NCBI GenBank assembly: GCA_037441705.1
Contig: JBBIRR010000003.1
Coordinates: 32,831-96,830 of the forward strand
DNA: 64,000 bases
Direction of reading: 5' to 3'
Origin: Ignavibacteriales bacterium
GTDB lineage: Bacteria; Bacteroidota; Ignavibacteria; UBA10030; UBA6906
In this document: in pieces, positions 42,724-51,656 of the stretch
How the letters are laid out: each line of letters starts with the position of its first letter
How positions within the stretch are numbered: the first letter of the stretch is position 1
Notes under the pieces: model-generated
The model's database searches: none
What the model saw: only the letters and a program-made list of their open reading frames with translations
Told to the model about the DNA's origin: nothing
Position numbers and translations under genes: made by a program

Positions 42724-42829
42724 GGGGATGCCTCCGGTTGGATAGTGGGAGATGGCGAAGTTGTGCGACCATCTTACTCATTCGCATTGCCAATGTCAAG
42801 CAAAACATCTGCTCGCGGCCACTTCCTCC

Positions 42830-43975
42830 GTCATTCTGAGCGAGCGCAGCGAGCGAGGAATCCAGAACGAGCATCAGCCTGAATCTTGAACCCCAAACCT
42901 CAAACCTCGAACCGACCCGCGCCTCACGCCGCCCGCTCTTCCGTCACGGCACAAGGTTGCGCACAGAAGCCGTGATGTCCGGTCGCCGTCGTCACCCTGA
43001 GCGCAGTCCCGCCGCTTTTCAGGCGGGACGGAGTCGAAGGGTGTTCCGCGCAATTGTGTAGGGACACGGCTCCGCCGTGTCCTAATGTGAGGAACGCTGA
43101 ATGGTTGCGTTGATGATCCGCGGCGTGTACACGCGTAAAGCAGGACATGCCGGAGGCATGTCCCTACAATCATGTTCGCCGGGTCTGGATGCTTCGCGCT
43201 TGGAAAGCAGCGCTCAGCATGACGGAGTAGTCCACTTCCCGCCCTTCCGTCACGGCACAAGGTTGCGCGCGTAAGCCGTGACATCCGATCGCTTCGTCAC
43301 CCCGAGCGCAGTCCCGCCGCTTTTCAGGCGGGACGGAGTCGAAGGGTGGATGCTTCGCGCTTGGAAAGCAGCGCTCAGCATGACAGTGTTGGCCAGTGCA
43401 ACCTCCGCGTTGCGTACTCGTGGGTCACGTAGTGACCTCACGACGATAGCCCGACCTTTCAAGGTCGGGATACCAATCACAGGCCCATCATACCCGTCGC
43501 GTAGCGACGGAATGAAAACTTGGTGATCACGAGAGAAGCGCGAAACGGAGTGTCAACGTGGCGAGGCGATACAGGCCGCCCCTACGGGGCTTACGTTCTT
43601 TTAGGCATTGTCAGCGCTACAAACAGGTCGTCCCTACGGGACTTGCGAGGAGCACGAGTGTTGATTTGAGCATCCGCTCCGTAGGAGCGGTACTGTCTGT
43701 AGAACTCAACGGCAAGGACATCGCGCAAGCCCCATCGGCGCGACCTGATCATGTTCCGATCCGCGAATCCTGAATCCGCCCGCCGAACCCCGAACCTCGA
43801 ACCATGCATCCGCGATTGAACATGGCGACCCGGGTCTCACGCCGCCCGCCCTTCCGTCACGGCACAAGGTTGCGCGCATAAGCCGTGACGTCCGATCGCT
43901 TCGTCATTCTGAGCCTCGCTTTTCGGAGGCGAAGAATCCAGAACGAGAATCAACCTGAATCCTGAATCTCGAATC
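42830..43975. repeat. Intergenic nest of modular structured short repeats (REP/MITE-like): families X, Y, Z, W plus extra hairpins
   Basis: Unit X (GTCATTCTGAGC...GAATCCAGAACGAG-ATCA-CCTGAATCyTGAA) at ~42830-42895 and ~43902-43975. Unit Y (CGCCGCCCGCyCTTCCGTCACGGCACAAGGTTGCGC...AAGCCGTGAyrTCCGrTCGC..CGTCAC) at ~42927-43043, ~43236-43347 and ~43840-43905. Copies A and B of Y continue with GAGCGCAGTCCCGCCGCTTTTCAGGCGGGACGGAGTCGAAGGGTG. Unit Z (GGATGCTTCGCGCTTGGAAAGCAGCGCTCAGCATGAC) at ~43187-43223 and ~43346-43383. Unit W (CCGyCCCTACGGGrC) hairpins at ~43575, ~43627 and ~43674. Several further perfect hairpins lie between them. Confidence 0.7.
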
Positions 43976-44139
43976 CTGCATCGTAACTCCCCACCACAAC
44001 CCCCGAACGCGAATCCGTCGCTCCAGCATTCCGGGGTAGCCAGATGCGGTTCGTTGATTTTCCCTATGCTTTTGGTTACTTTGAATCCCAGTTCTGTCCC
44101 GGCACTAAAGTCGGGAGTGGTATTTGTTGAGAAGCCTTC

Positions 44140-45273
44140 ATGCCCGATCAGACATCCGAACCCTCCGGCCAGCAACAACCCGAGCGCCCGCAGCGTCCCT
44201 ACCGGGGTCGCCATTACTATCGTGACCGGCGACGGGAAGCCGAAACGACCACGGCCGAGACGGAAGGACAACCGACGCAGACGCCGCAGGTGCCGCCGCA
44301 GCAGCGACAGGAGCAGAGACAACACGGTCAGCAGCATCATAAAGGGATCGACATCAGTGTTGTCATCCCGCTCTATAACGAAGAGGAGTCGCTCAAAGAA
44401 CTCCACCAGCAGCTCCGCTCCACGTTGCAGCGGATGCGCGTTCGCTATGAACTGCTGTTCGTTGACGACGGCAGCACGGATCGTTCGTTCAATGTGCTGC
44501 GCGACGCGAAGCGATTCGATGGTCGCGTCAAAATCATCCGCTTCCGCCGCAACTACGGCAAATCTGCAGCGCTTGCCGTCGGCTTCGAGAAAGCTCAGGG
44601 CACGTACGTCGTTACCATGGACGCCGATTTGCAGGATGATCCGGCAGAGATTCCTTCGCTGATCAAGAAACTCGAAGAGGGCTATGATCTGGTCTCGGGA
44701 TGGAAGAAGGTACGCCGCGATCCCATCACGAAGACAATTCCCTCCCGCTTCTTCAACTTCGTTACGTCGTTGATGACGGGAATAAAGATTCACGACTTCA
44801 ACTGTGGATTGAAGGCGTATCGCAACGAAGTGGTGAAGGCAATTCAGCCGTACGGCGAGCTTCATCGCTATCTGCCCGTGCTTGCGCACAACGCGGGGTT
44901 TCGGGTGGGGGAGATGGTGGTGCAACACCGGCCGCGCAAGTACGGCAAAACGAAGTTCGGGGTGGGGAGATTCTGGAAAGGGTTTCTCGACCTTCTGACG
45001 GTGCTCTTTACGACGCGCTATTTCCGCCGTCCGCTCCATCTGTTTGGTTTTTGGGGGATGGCGTGTGCGCTGACCGGCATGGTGATCGACGGCTGGCTTG
45101 CCATCGAGTGGCTTCAGGGCAAGACGGCATTGAGCAACCGGCCGCTCTTCCTCGGTGGTATTCTTCTGATCATTGTGGGGATTCAGTTCGTGTCGATCGG
45201 TCTTCTCGGTGAGATGATTAGCAAGTCGAAACGCACGACCGACGAATATACAATCCGCGACTACATCAAGTAA
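44140..45273 (+). CDS. GT2 polyprenyl-phosphate glycosyltransferase (GtrB/CsbB/ArnC-like) with a Q/R/P-rich N-terminal extension
   Basis: ISVVIPLYNEEESL...LLFVDDGSTDRS...YGKSAALAVGFEKAQGTYVVTMDADLQDDP (DXD), and two C-terminal TM helices as in GtrB/CsbB. The first ~70 aa are low complexity (QQQPERPQRP...QQRQEQRQHGQQHH). Confidence 0.8.
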   Translation: MPDQTSEPSGQQQPERPQRPYRGRHYYRDRRREAETTTAETEGQPTQTPQVPPQQRQEQRQHGQQHHKGIDISVVIPLYNEEESLKELHQQLRSTLQRMRVRYELLFVDDGSTDRSFNVLRDAKRFDGRVKIIRFRRNYGKSAALAVGFEKAQGTYVVTMDADLQDDPAEIPSLIKKLEEGYDLVSGWKKVRRDPITKTIPSRFFNFVTSLMTGIKIHDFNCGLKAYRNEVVKAIQPYGELHRYLPVLAHNAGFRVGEMVVQHRPRKYGKTKFGVGRFWKGFLDLLTVLFTTRYFRRPLHLFGFWGMACALTGMVIDGWLAIEWLQGKTALSNRPLFLGGILLIIVGIQFVSIGLLGEMISKSKRTTDEYTIRDYIK

Positions 45274-45358
45274 GCGAAATGATATCTGAACTCTCGAGGC
45301 GCAGCTCCTGTCCGCCCTTGCTCCTGCTGCGCGATCGAATGTTCCTATCCGCTCTGCC

Positions 45359-46456
45359 ATGACGATCTCGTACGAAACGCTCAAGACCGACTGCCGGTGG
45401 TTTGTGGGACAGGTGCCGTGCAGGCCTCACAAGCAGCACGGTGTGCATTGTGTTGACGAAGCAGGGAATGACTGTCCGCATTACGAACGGCAGATCTCCA
45501 ACATCCTTATCATCAAACTCGGTGCGCTGGGCGATGTCATTCGCACGACGCCGATCCTGCGGCGCTTGCGGGCAGAGTATCCACAGGCGCGTATCTGGTG
45601 GGTGACGCTCTCACCCGAAGTGGTGGAGCCGTTTGTTGATGTCGCGCTTCCGCTGGATGCCGAACATTTCCCGGCGTTGCAGTCCACGCAGTTCGACATC
45701 ATTTACAACCTCGACAAAGAAACCGAAGCCTGCGGCCTGATGGCCTCGCTTTCGGCGCGCGTCAAGAAAGGATTCACGCTTGTCCACGGCAAGCCGGCAC
45801 CGATCGATGCCGACGCAGTTCATAAGTTTATGACGGGGGTCTTCGATGATCTCAACAAAGCCAACACCAAGAGTTATCCGGAAGAGATTTTCGAAATCTG
45901 CGGCTTTCGCTTTGCCGGCGAAAAATATCTGTTAGATGTTCCGCCTGCAGATGCGTACCGATGGAAATTGCCGAAGAAGAAGCCTATCATTGGATTGAAC
46001 ACGGGTTGCGGCGGACGATGGGTTTCCCGCTTGTGGCCCGAGAAACACTGGGTAGCGCTTGCGCGCACGCTGAAGAAGGCTGGTTACGTGCCGCTGCTGT
46101 TGGGCGGAGAACAGGAGGATGCAAAGAATCGGCGTATAGCGCGATTGAGCGGCGCGACGTATCTCGGGCATTTCCCGTTTCGACAATTCATCTCCTTGGT
46201 TGACCAATGCGATCTCGTCGTGACCGCCGTGACGATGGCGATGCATGTGACAATTGGATTGAACAAGAAGATCGTGTTGTTCAATAATATCTTTAACAGG
46301 CACGAGTTCGAGTTGTATGGATTGGGGGAAATTTTGGAGCCGGACTTCGACTGCACATGTTATTTCTCACCAACGTGTCCCAACAACTGCATGCAGTACA
46401 TTTCGGTGGATCGCGTGTTCGAGACCGTTCGATCTCTACTCCGCCGTGATCACTAA
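45359..46456 (+). CDS. Glycosyltransferase family 9 (heptosyltransferase-like)
   Basis: NILIIKLGALGDVIRTTPILRRLRAEYPQARIWWVT N-terminus, and the ...GGRWVSRLWPEKHWVALARTL... GT9 C-domain. Confidence 0.7.
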   Translation: MTISYETLKTDCRWFVGQVPCRPHKQHGVHCVDEAGNDCPHYERQISNILIIKLGALGDVIRTTPILRRLRAEYPQARIWWVTLSPEVVEPFVDVALPLDAEHFPALQSTQFDIIYNLDKETEACGLMASLSARVKKGFTLVHGKPAPIDADAVHKFMTGVFDDLNKANTKSYPEEIFEICGFRFAGEKYLLDVPPADAYRWKLPKKKPIIGLNTGCGGRWVSRLWPEKHWVALARTLKKAGYVPLLLGGEQEDAKNRRIARLSGATYLGHFPFRQFISLVDQCDLVVTAVTMAMHVTIGLNKKIVLFNNIFNRHEFELYGLGEILEPDFDCTCYFSPTCPNNCMQYISVDRVFETVRSLLRRDH

Positions 46457-46474
46457 CGCATCTTCCCGTACCCG

Positions 46475-48775
46475 ATGAAGGTCGCACGACGAAAAAGAGA
46501 AATCGGACACTCGATAGGAACGGTTGGCGATCCACCGGCGATCCTGACCGATAGCCAGTGTATTGCAATTCTTATCGTGCTTGTCGCCATCTTCTTCCAC
46601 AAAATCTTGCTCGGCGAGGCGTACTTCTGGGAGGATTTCATTTATCAGAACTACCCTTTTCGTGTGTTTGCGGCGACCTCGCTTGCACAAGGAGAGCTGC
46701 CGTTGTGGAATCCGTACACGTTCAACGGCATGCCGTTTCTTGCCGACATTCAAACAACGGTGTTCTATCTTCCGAGCCTGCTGCTGACGCTCTTTGTCAG
46801 CGGGGGCACGCTGCATTACTACTGGCTCGAGATGATGATCATCCTGCATTTCGTGCTTGCAGGCATCGGTATGTTGTATCTCGCAAAGTCGTTTGGCGTG
46901 AGAAACACCCCGGCGTTGTTTGCCGGCGCGGCGTACATGCTCAGCGGGTACATGATCGTCCACACAATTCATCAGCAGAACCTGACGCTGGTCGCCTGGT
47001 ATCCTCTGGTCGTGCTGTTGTTCCGCAAAGCGTTGATAGGGGACGGCTGGCGTGCGGTATTTCTATGCAGCATCGTTCTCGGCCATTCCATCCTCGCCGG
47101 ATATCCGCAGCTCTCACTCTACCTCTACACATTTCTTGGCGCGTACTTCCTGTACGAGCTTCTGACGAGGTTCGCAGCGAACGATCTGCTGTCGCGTCCG
47201 GCTCTCACGATGGCGGCAAAAGCAGCAAGCATTGTCCTTCTTTCCGTCGCCCTTGCGATGATTCAACTGCTGCCGACGTTCGAGCTGTCCGATCTTTCAC
47301 AGCGCGCGCAGATGACGTTCGAAAAGGCAAGTGAAGGCTCGCTTGCATGGTCGCAGCTTGCAACGCTGTTCTTTCCAAAAATGTTCGGCGCTGCCGGTGC
47401 AACGGGCTTTGAGTACTTCGGTCCGGGAGTGTATTATTACTACTGGGAGACGTGTGTCTACGTCGGCATCCTTCCGCTCATCCTTGCCGGTGCGTCGATT
47501 CTCCGGCGCAAGGATCGCTATGTCATGTTCTTCCTGGGTACGGCTCTCGTCGCGCTGCTCTTCGCACTCGGCAAGAACTTTGTGCTGTTCAAGTTGTTCT
47601 ACGACTTCATTCCCGGATTCTCGAAATTCCGCATCCCTACCCGGATGGGTATCTGGTTGACGTTCTCCATCTCGCTGCTTTCTGCCTTTTCGCTTCAACA
47701 TCTTCTCTATGAATCGAAGTCCGGGCGCGAGGGAATACGGAACATTTTCGTGGGAGCGATCGCGTTGGGGCTTCTCCTCTATTTCCTGATTATCTCCGGC
47801 ACCTTCGCCGGTTCGTATGTGGAGACAACACATGCCCGCGTGGGCGAGATGGTTTCGAAAGGCGTAACGCCGTCGCTGCTGATACTTCTTCTTTCGGGTG
47901 TTGTGCTGCTGGTGGTGATGCGCAGGAACCTTGGAGGGCGTACTGCATCGCTTCTCCTCCTCGGCGCCTTCTTTCTCGATATGTTTGTGTTTGGGGGAGA
48001 ACAGAACAACGGGACAACGAACCCCGCGGACTACTTCAAACGGCGGAGCGATCTGGTAGCGTTCTTCAAGCAAGAAGGAGAGAAGGAACTGTTTCGCGTC
48101 AACACACGCAACGCGCACGGAATGCTGCCCGGCTGGGATCGGAATCAGGGCATGATCGATCGGATCTTTATGATGGAGGGCTACACGCCTCTTGCGCTGC
48201 AGCGTGCCTATGCGCCGCTCGCCTCCAACGATCAGTCATTCGATCTCCTGAACGTCAAGTACAAGACGGTTTTTGACGAGCGCACGCAGCAACAAACCCT
48301 CGTCGAACACCCGACACGTCTCCCGCGAGCATTCTTCGTGTATGCCGTCCATGTCGTACGATCAGAACAAGAATTGTTGGAGTACATCAAGAGTCCCGCG
48401 TTCGATCATCGCTCAACAGCAGTCATCGAACAACCGCTCGTGCTGCCGCAGCCGCAGAGTCAACCTCATTCGCAGGTGCGCGTGACGTCGTATCGCAACA
48501 ACCGTATCGAGCTGGCAGTGGAAACGAGCCACGACGGATTTCTGGTCCTCAGCGAAATTTTCTATCCTGGATGGAAAGCCTACATCGACGGGGTGGAGAC
48601 GCCCATCTATCGTACGGACTACAATCTGCGCGGGATGCCGGTACCGGCCGGCACGCACACCATCGACGTACGCTTCGAGCCTGCGACGTTCTCCAACGGC
48701 ATGTGGATAACGCTCACGACACTCACCATCTGCGGTGCCGGCGTGATCGTCTCACTTCGGCGGAGAGCGTCGTGA
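46475..48775 (+). CDS. YfhO-family GT-C membrane glycosyltransferase
   Basis: ~13 TM helices followed by a periplasmic C-domain ending FLVLSEIFYPGWKAYIDGVETPIYRTDYNLRGMPVPAGTHTIDVRFEP, the YfhO C-terminal signature. Confidence 0.7.
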   Translation: MKVARRKREIGHSIGTVGDPPAILTDSQCIAILIVLVAIFFHKILLGEAYFWEDFIYQNYPFRVFAATSLAQGELPLWNPYTFNGMPFLADIQTTVFYLPSLLLTLFVSGGTLHYYWLEMMIILHFVLAGIGMLYLAKSFGVRNTPALFAGAAYMLSGYMIVHTIHQQNLTLVAWYPLVVLLFRKALIGDGWRAVFLCSIVLGHSILAGYPQLSLYLYTFLGAYFLYELLTRFAANDLLSRPALTMAAKAASIVLLSVALAMIQLLPTFELSDLSQRAQMTFEKASEGSLAWSQLATLFFPKMFGAAGATGFEYFGPGVYYYYWETCVYVGILPLILAGASILRRKDRYVMFFLGTALVALLFALGKNFVLFKLFYDFIPGFSKFRIPTRMGIWLTFSISLLSAFSLQHLLYESKSGREGIRNIFVGAIALGLLLYFLIISGTFAGSYVETTHARVGEMVSKGVTPSLLILLLSGVVLLVVMRRNLGGRTASLLLLGAFFLDMFVFGGEQNNGTTNPADYFKRRSDLVAFFKQEGEKELFRVNTRNAHGMLPGWDRNQGMIDRIFMMEGYTPLALQRAYAPLASNDQSFDLLNVKYKTVFDERTQQQTLVEHPTRLPRAFFVYAVHVVRSEQELLEYIKSPAFDHRSTAVIEQPLVLPQPQSQPHSQVRVTSYRNNRIELAVETSHDGFLVLSEIFYPGWKAYIDGVETPIYRTDYNLRGMPVPAGTHTIDVRFEPATFSNGMWITLTTLTICGAGVIVSLRRRAS

Positions 48776-48805
48776 CCACACGGGAAGGTTGACGGAGCGA
48801 CAACG

Positions 48806-49957
48806 ATGAACATCATCATTCTCGGAACGGCCTATCCGCTGCGCGGCGGTATCGCTCACTACAACGCACTCCTCTACCACGAGTTGGCGAAACGACACAG
48901 CGTTGCTCTCATCACCTTCAAGCGTCAATATCCATCCTTGCTGTTCCCCGGCAAGACGCAGGCAGAGGCGGAGAGTGAACAACCGCAAGCGGGCCTGCCC
49001 TACGACTGGCATGTCCCGAGCGAACCGTTGGTTGATTCGATCAACCCGCTGAACTGGATCGCCGTCGGCAACATGATCCGCCGTCGTAAGCCCGACCTTC
49101 TCATCATGAAATACTGGCTGCCCTTCTTCGGTCCGTGTTTCGGGACGATTGCACGCGTTGCAAAACGGGGAAAGAACATGAAGGTGCTGTACATCTGCGA
49201 CAACGTTGTGCCGCACGAGAAGCGTCCGGGCGACACCGTGTTCACGCGATACGCCTTCGGCGCGGCGGATTTCTTCATCGTACAGTCCGATGCAGTCGAG
49301 CGCGACCTGAAGACGCTCTTTCCATGGGCGCGCTACAGGAAAGTGCCGCATCCGGTGTACAACATTTTCGGCGCGCCCATCGCGAAGCATGAGGCGCGGC
49401 GTCGCCTCAACATTGCGGACGAGCGTGTGCTGTTGTTCTTCGGATACGTGCGCCCGTACAAGGGCTTGAACGTGATGCTGCGGGCCATGAAATTGATCGT
49501 CGAAAAGCTGAACGTTCGACTCCTCGTCGTCGGCGAGTTCTACGATGACAGGGACAGGTACATGAGAATGATTGATGAGTTGGGATTGCAGAATTACGTG
49601 ACGGTGAATGCCGATTATGTTTCGAATGACAGAGTGGGATGGTACTTCTCCGCTTCCGACGTGGTGATGCTTCCGTACATTTCCGCAACGCAAAGCGGCA
49701 TTGCACAGATTGCGTACAACTTCGATAAGCCAGTGATTGCCACAAACGTCGGCGGGCTCGCCGAAGTGGTACGCGATGGCGTGACGGGATTCGTCGTGCC
49801 GTCCAATGACCCCGCGGCGCTTGCTCATGCCGTTGAGCGCTACTTTGTTGAGCAGCGGGAAGCCGAATTTGCCGCGAACGTCGCGCAGGAGAAGCGCAAG
49901 TATAGCTGGGAGGCAATGGTCAACGCCATCGAAACTTTGATGCAGTCGGAGGCATGA
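48806..49957 (+). CDS. Glycosyltransferase family 4
   Basis: GT-B fold. C-domain with LLFFGYVRPYKG...LPYISATQSGIAQIAYNFDKPVIATNVGGLAEVV (EX7E-type motif). Confidence 0.8.
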   Translation: MNIIILGTAYPLRGGIAHYNALLYHELAKRHSVALITFKRQYPSLLFPGKTQAEAESEQPQAGLPYDWHVPSEPLVDSINPLNWIAVGNMIRRRKPDLLIMKYWLPFFGPCFGTIARVAKRGKNMKVLYICDNVVPHEKRPGDTVFTRYAFGAADFFIVQSDAVERDLKTLFPWARYRKVPHPVYNIFGAPIAKHEARRRLNIADERVLLFFGYVRPYKGLNVMLRAMKLIVEKLNVRLLVVGEFYDDRDRYMRMIDELGLQNYVTVNADYVSNDRVGWYFSASDVVMLPYISATQSGIAQIAYNFDKPVIATNVGGLAEVVRDGVTGFVVPSNDPAALAHAVERYFVEQREAEFAANVAQEKRKYSWEAMVNAIETLMQSEA

Positions 49958-50886
49958 CTCGAACCTCGAATCCCGAACCCCGCATCGCCCCGCAATGTCC
50001 TGTCTGCGCTTCGGCGTCCGTTCGTTCGCTTCCGTTCGGGTACATGTTCAACGGACGCTGGCTCGGCGGCTGCGAGTGCCGCACGTGCGGCATCATCTTC
50101 CTTCATCCGCAACCGACCGCTGACGAGCTTGTGCAGATGTACTCGAAGGAGTATTTCGAGGGCGACTTTCGTTGCGGGCATGCGGGAAGCTACTTCGACG
50201 AGAGCACACACGACGCCCTGGCTGATCGGTCGTTAATTGCGAAGATCAAGCGGCTCAAACCCGAAGGCTCGTTTCTCGAAATCGGGTGTGCCGGCGGAGC
50301 GTTTCTGCATGCAGCACGTCAGGCGGGGTACCGCGTCACGGGAGTGGAGTTCTCCGACGCGGCGGCGCAACTCGCACGCGAGCGGTTCCACCTCGATGTC
50401 TTCACCGGCGATGTGCGCGACGCGCAGTTTTCGTCCAATACCTTTGATGTCGTCTTCATGGGGGACGTGCTCGAACATCTGACCGAACCGGTTGCAACGT
50501 GCAGCGAAGTTTATCGCGTCCTCGCTCCCGGAGGCATTTTCGTGATCGAATGCCCGATGCAAACAAACACGCTCTTTTCGCGTCTCGGCTTTGCGGTGTA
50601 TGCGTTGCTGCGGAAGCGAGCGATCGTGAATCTTCCCCCTTATCACGTGTTTGAATATCGCCGATCGAGCATGACGTCGTTGCTGAAGCGCTGCGGCTTT
50701 ACGATTGTCTGTGCGCGCGAGGGTATCATTCCGCCGCACAAGATTGCGCTGCGGGGCACAGGCGTCCAAAATCTGGGCAAGAAACTCTTCCAGTATCCCA
50801 ACGCCCTCCTGACGCGTCTGTTTGGTGTTTTCGGTGATCGGATTGAAATGATCGCGCAAAAGCCGTCGGGTGTGACAAGCGCGTGA
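49954..50886 (+). CDS. Class I SAM-dependent methyltransferase with an N-terminal zinc-ribbon
   Basis: CPVCASAS...CECRTCGII four-Cys ribbon, then LEIGCAGGAF motif I and a DVVFMGDVLEHL motif. Confidence 0.7.
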   Translation: MTRTSNPEPRIAPQCPVCASASVRSLPFGYMFNGRWLGGCECRTCGIIFLHPQPTADELVQMYSKEYFEGDFRCGHAGSYFDESTHDALADRSLIAKIKRLKPEGSFLEIGCAGGAFLHAARQAGYRVTGVEFSDAAAQLARERFHLDVFTGDVRDAQFSSNTFDVVFMGDVLEHLTEPVATCSEVYRVLAPGGIFVIECPMQTNTLFSRLGFAVYALLRKRAIVNLPPYHVFEYRRSSMTSLLKRCGFTIVCAREGIIPPHKIALRGTGVQNLGKKLFQYPNALLTRLFGVFGDRIEMIAQKPSGVTSA

Positions 50887-51656
50887 TGACTATGACCGAA
50901 CAAACAAAATTATACTGGCGGTATGAATACGATGTCGCCGCGAAGTACATGATCCCCCTGTTGGAACAGTGGGGCGTGTCGCTGCGCGACGCCGCCGTCA
51001 TCGATGTCGGGTGCGGTGAGGGAGGCGGACTCTGTGCAATGTTTGATGCGGGGGCTGCCCGCTGCGACGGATTCGACATCGAGCCTGGTCGAGTCGAAGC
51101 AGCGCAGCACCTGAAAGGCGACCGCCCGATCACTCTTACTACGGGCAATCTCTACGACGAGCGCCCTCCGTTCTACGGGGAGTACTATGACCTCGTGGTG
51201 CTTCACGATGTGTTCGAACATCTCGATTTCAAAGAAGAGGTCATGAACAAGCTTGCCTCGTATGCTCAGCCGAACGGCTACATCATGATCACATTTCCGC
51301 CGTACTACTCCGCCTACGGTGCGCATCAACAGTTGTTGAACACGCAATGGGCGAAAATGCCGTTCATCCATCTCGTGCCGTTCGCCTTCCGCAAAATTCT
51401 CCCGCAGCTCAAGAACGAGCATCCGCACATCGTCGAGGAAATTCTCAAACTCGGCAGATTGAAGATGGGCATGAAGAAGTTTGAAGCGATCGTCCGCCGG
51501 TGTGGATTGACGATCGGCGGAAAGCAAGCGTACTTCATCAGTCCCAATCACATCCGCTTCGGCTTGAAGCCGCTGCCGGCAGGAAGGATCGCCGAGCTGC
51601 CGATTCTCGGCGAACTGATCTGCACGGGCGTTGTGTATCTGATTGGAAGGAGGTAA
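50883..51656 (+). CDS. Class I SAM-dependent methyltransferase
   Basis: VIDVGCGEGGGL motif I and DLVVLHDVFEHL post-I motif. ATGA-type overlap with the upstream gene. Confidence 0.7.
   Translation: MMTMTEQTKLYWRYEYDVAAKYMIPLLEQWGVSLRDAAVIDVGCGEGGGLCAMFDAGAARCDGFDIEPGRVEAAQHLKGDRPITLTTGNLYDERPPFYGEYYDLVVLHDVFEHLDFKEEVMNKLASYAQPNGYIMITFPPYYSAYGAHQQLLNTQWAKMPFIHLVPFAFRKILPQLKNEHPHIVEEILKLGRLKMGMKKFEAIVRRCGLTIGGKQAYFISPNHIRFGLKPLPAGRIAELPILGELICTGVVYLIGRR

Noticed and set aside
42874-43809. ORFs 42874..43284(-), 43250..43480(-), 43278..43526(+), 43558..43773(+), 43591..43809(-) in the 42.7-44.1 kb gap
   Set aside because: They are read-through of the X/Y/Z/W repeat units, share peptide segments because the DNA repeats, and have no RBS or domain. 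Classed as repeat-derived pseudo-ORFs.
42830-43975. CRISPR array hypothesis for the repeat nest
   Set aside because: Repeats are of several unrelated families, of different lengths (35-115 nt), imperfect and irregularly spaced, with no uniform spacers and no cas genes nearby.
46436-46972. 178-aa minus-strand ORF overlapping the start of the first YfhO gene
   Set aside because: Antisense to the hydrophobic multi-TM N-terminus of YfhO. No motifs.
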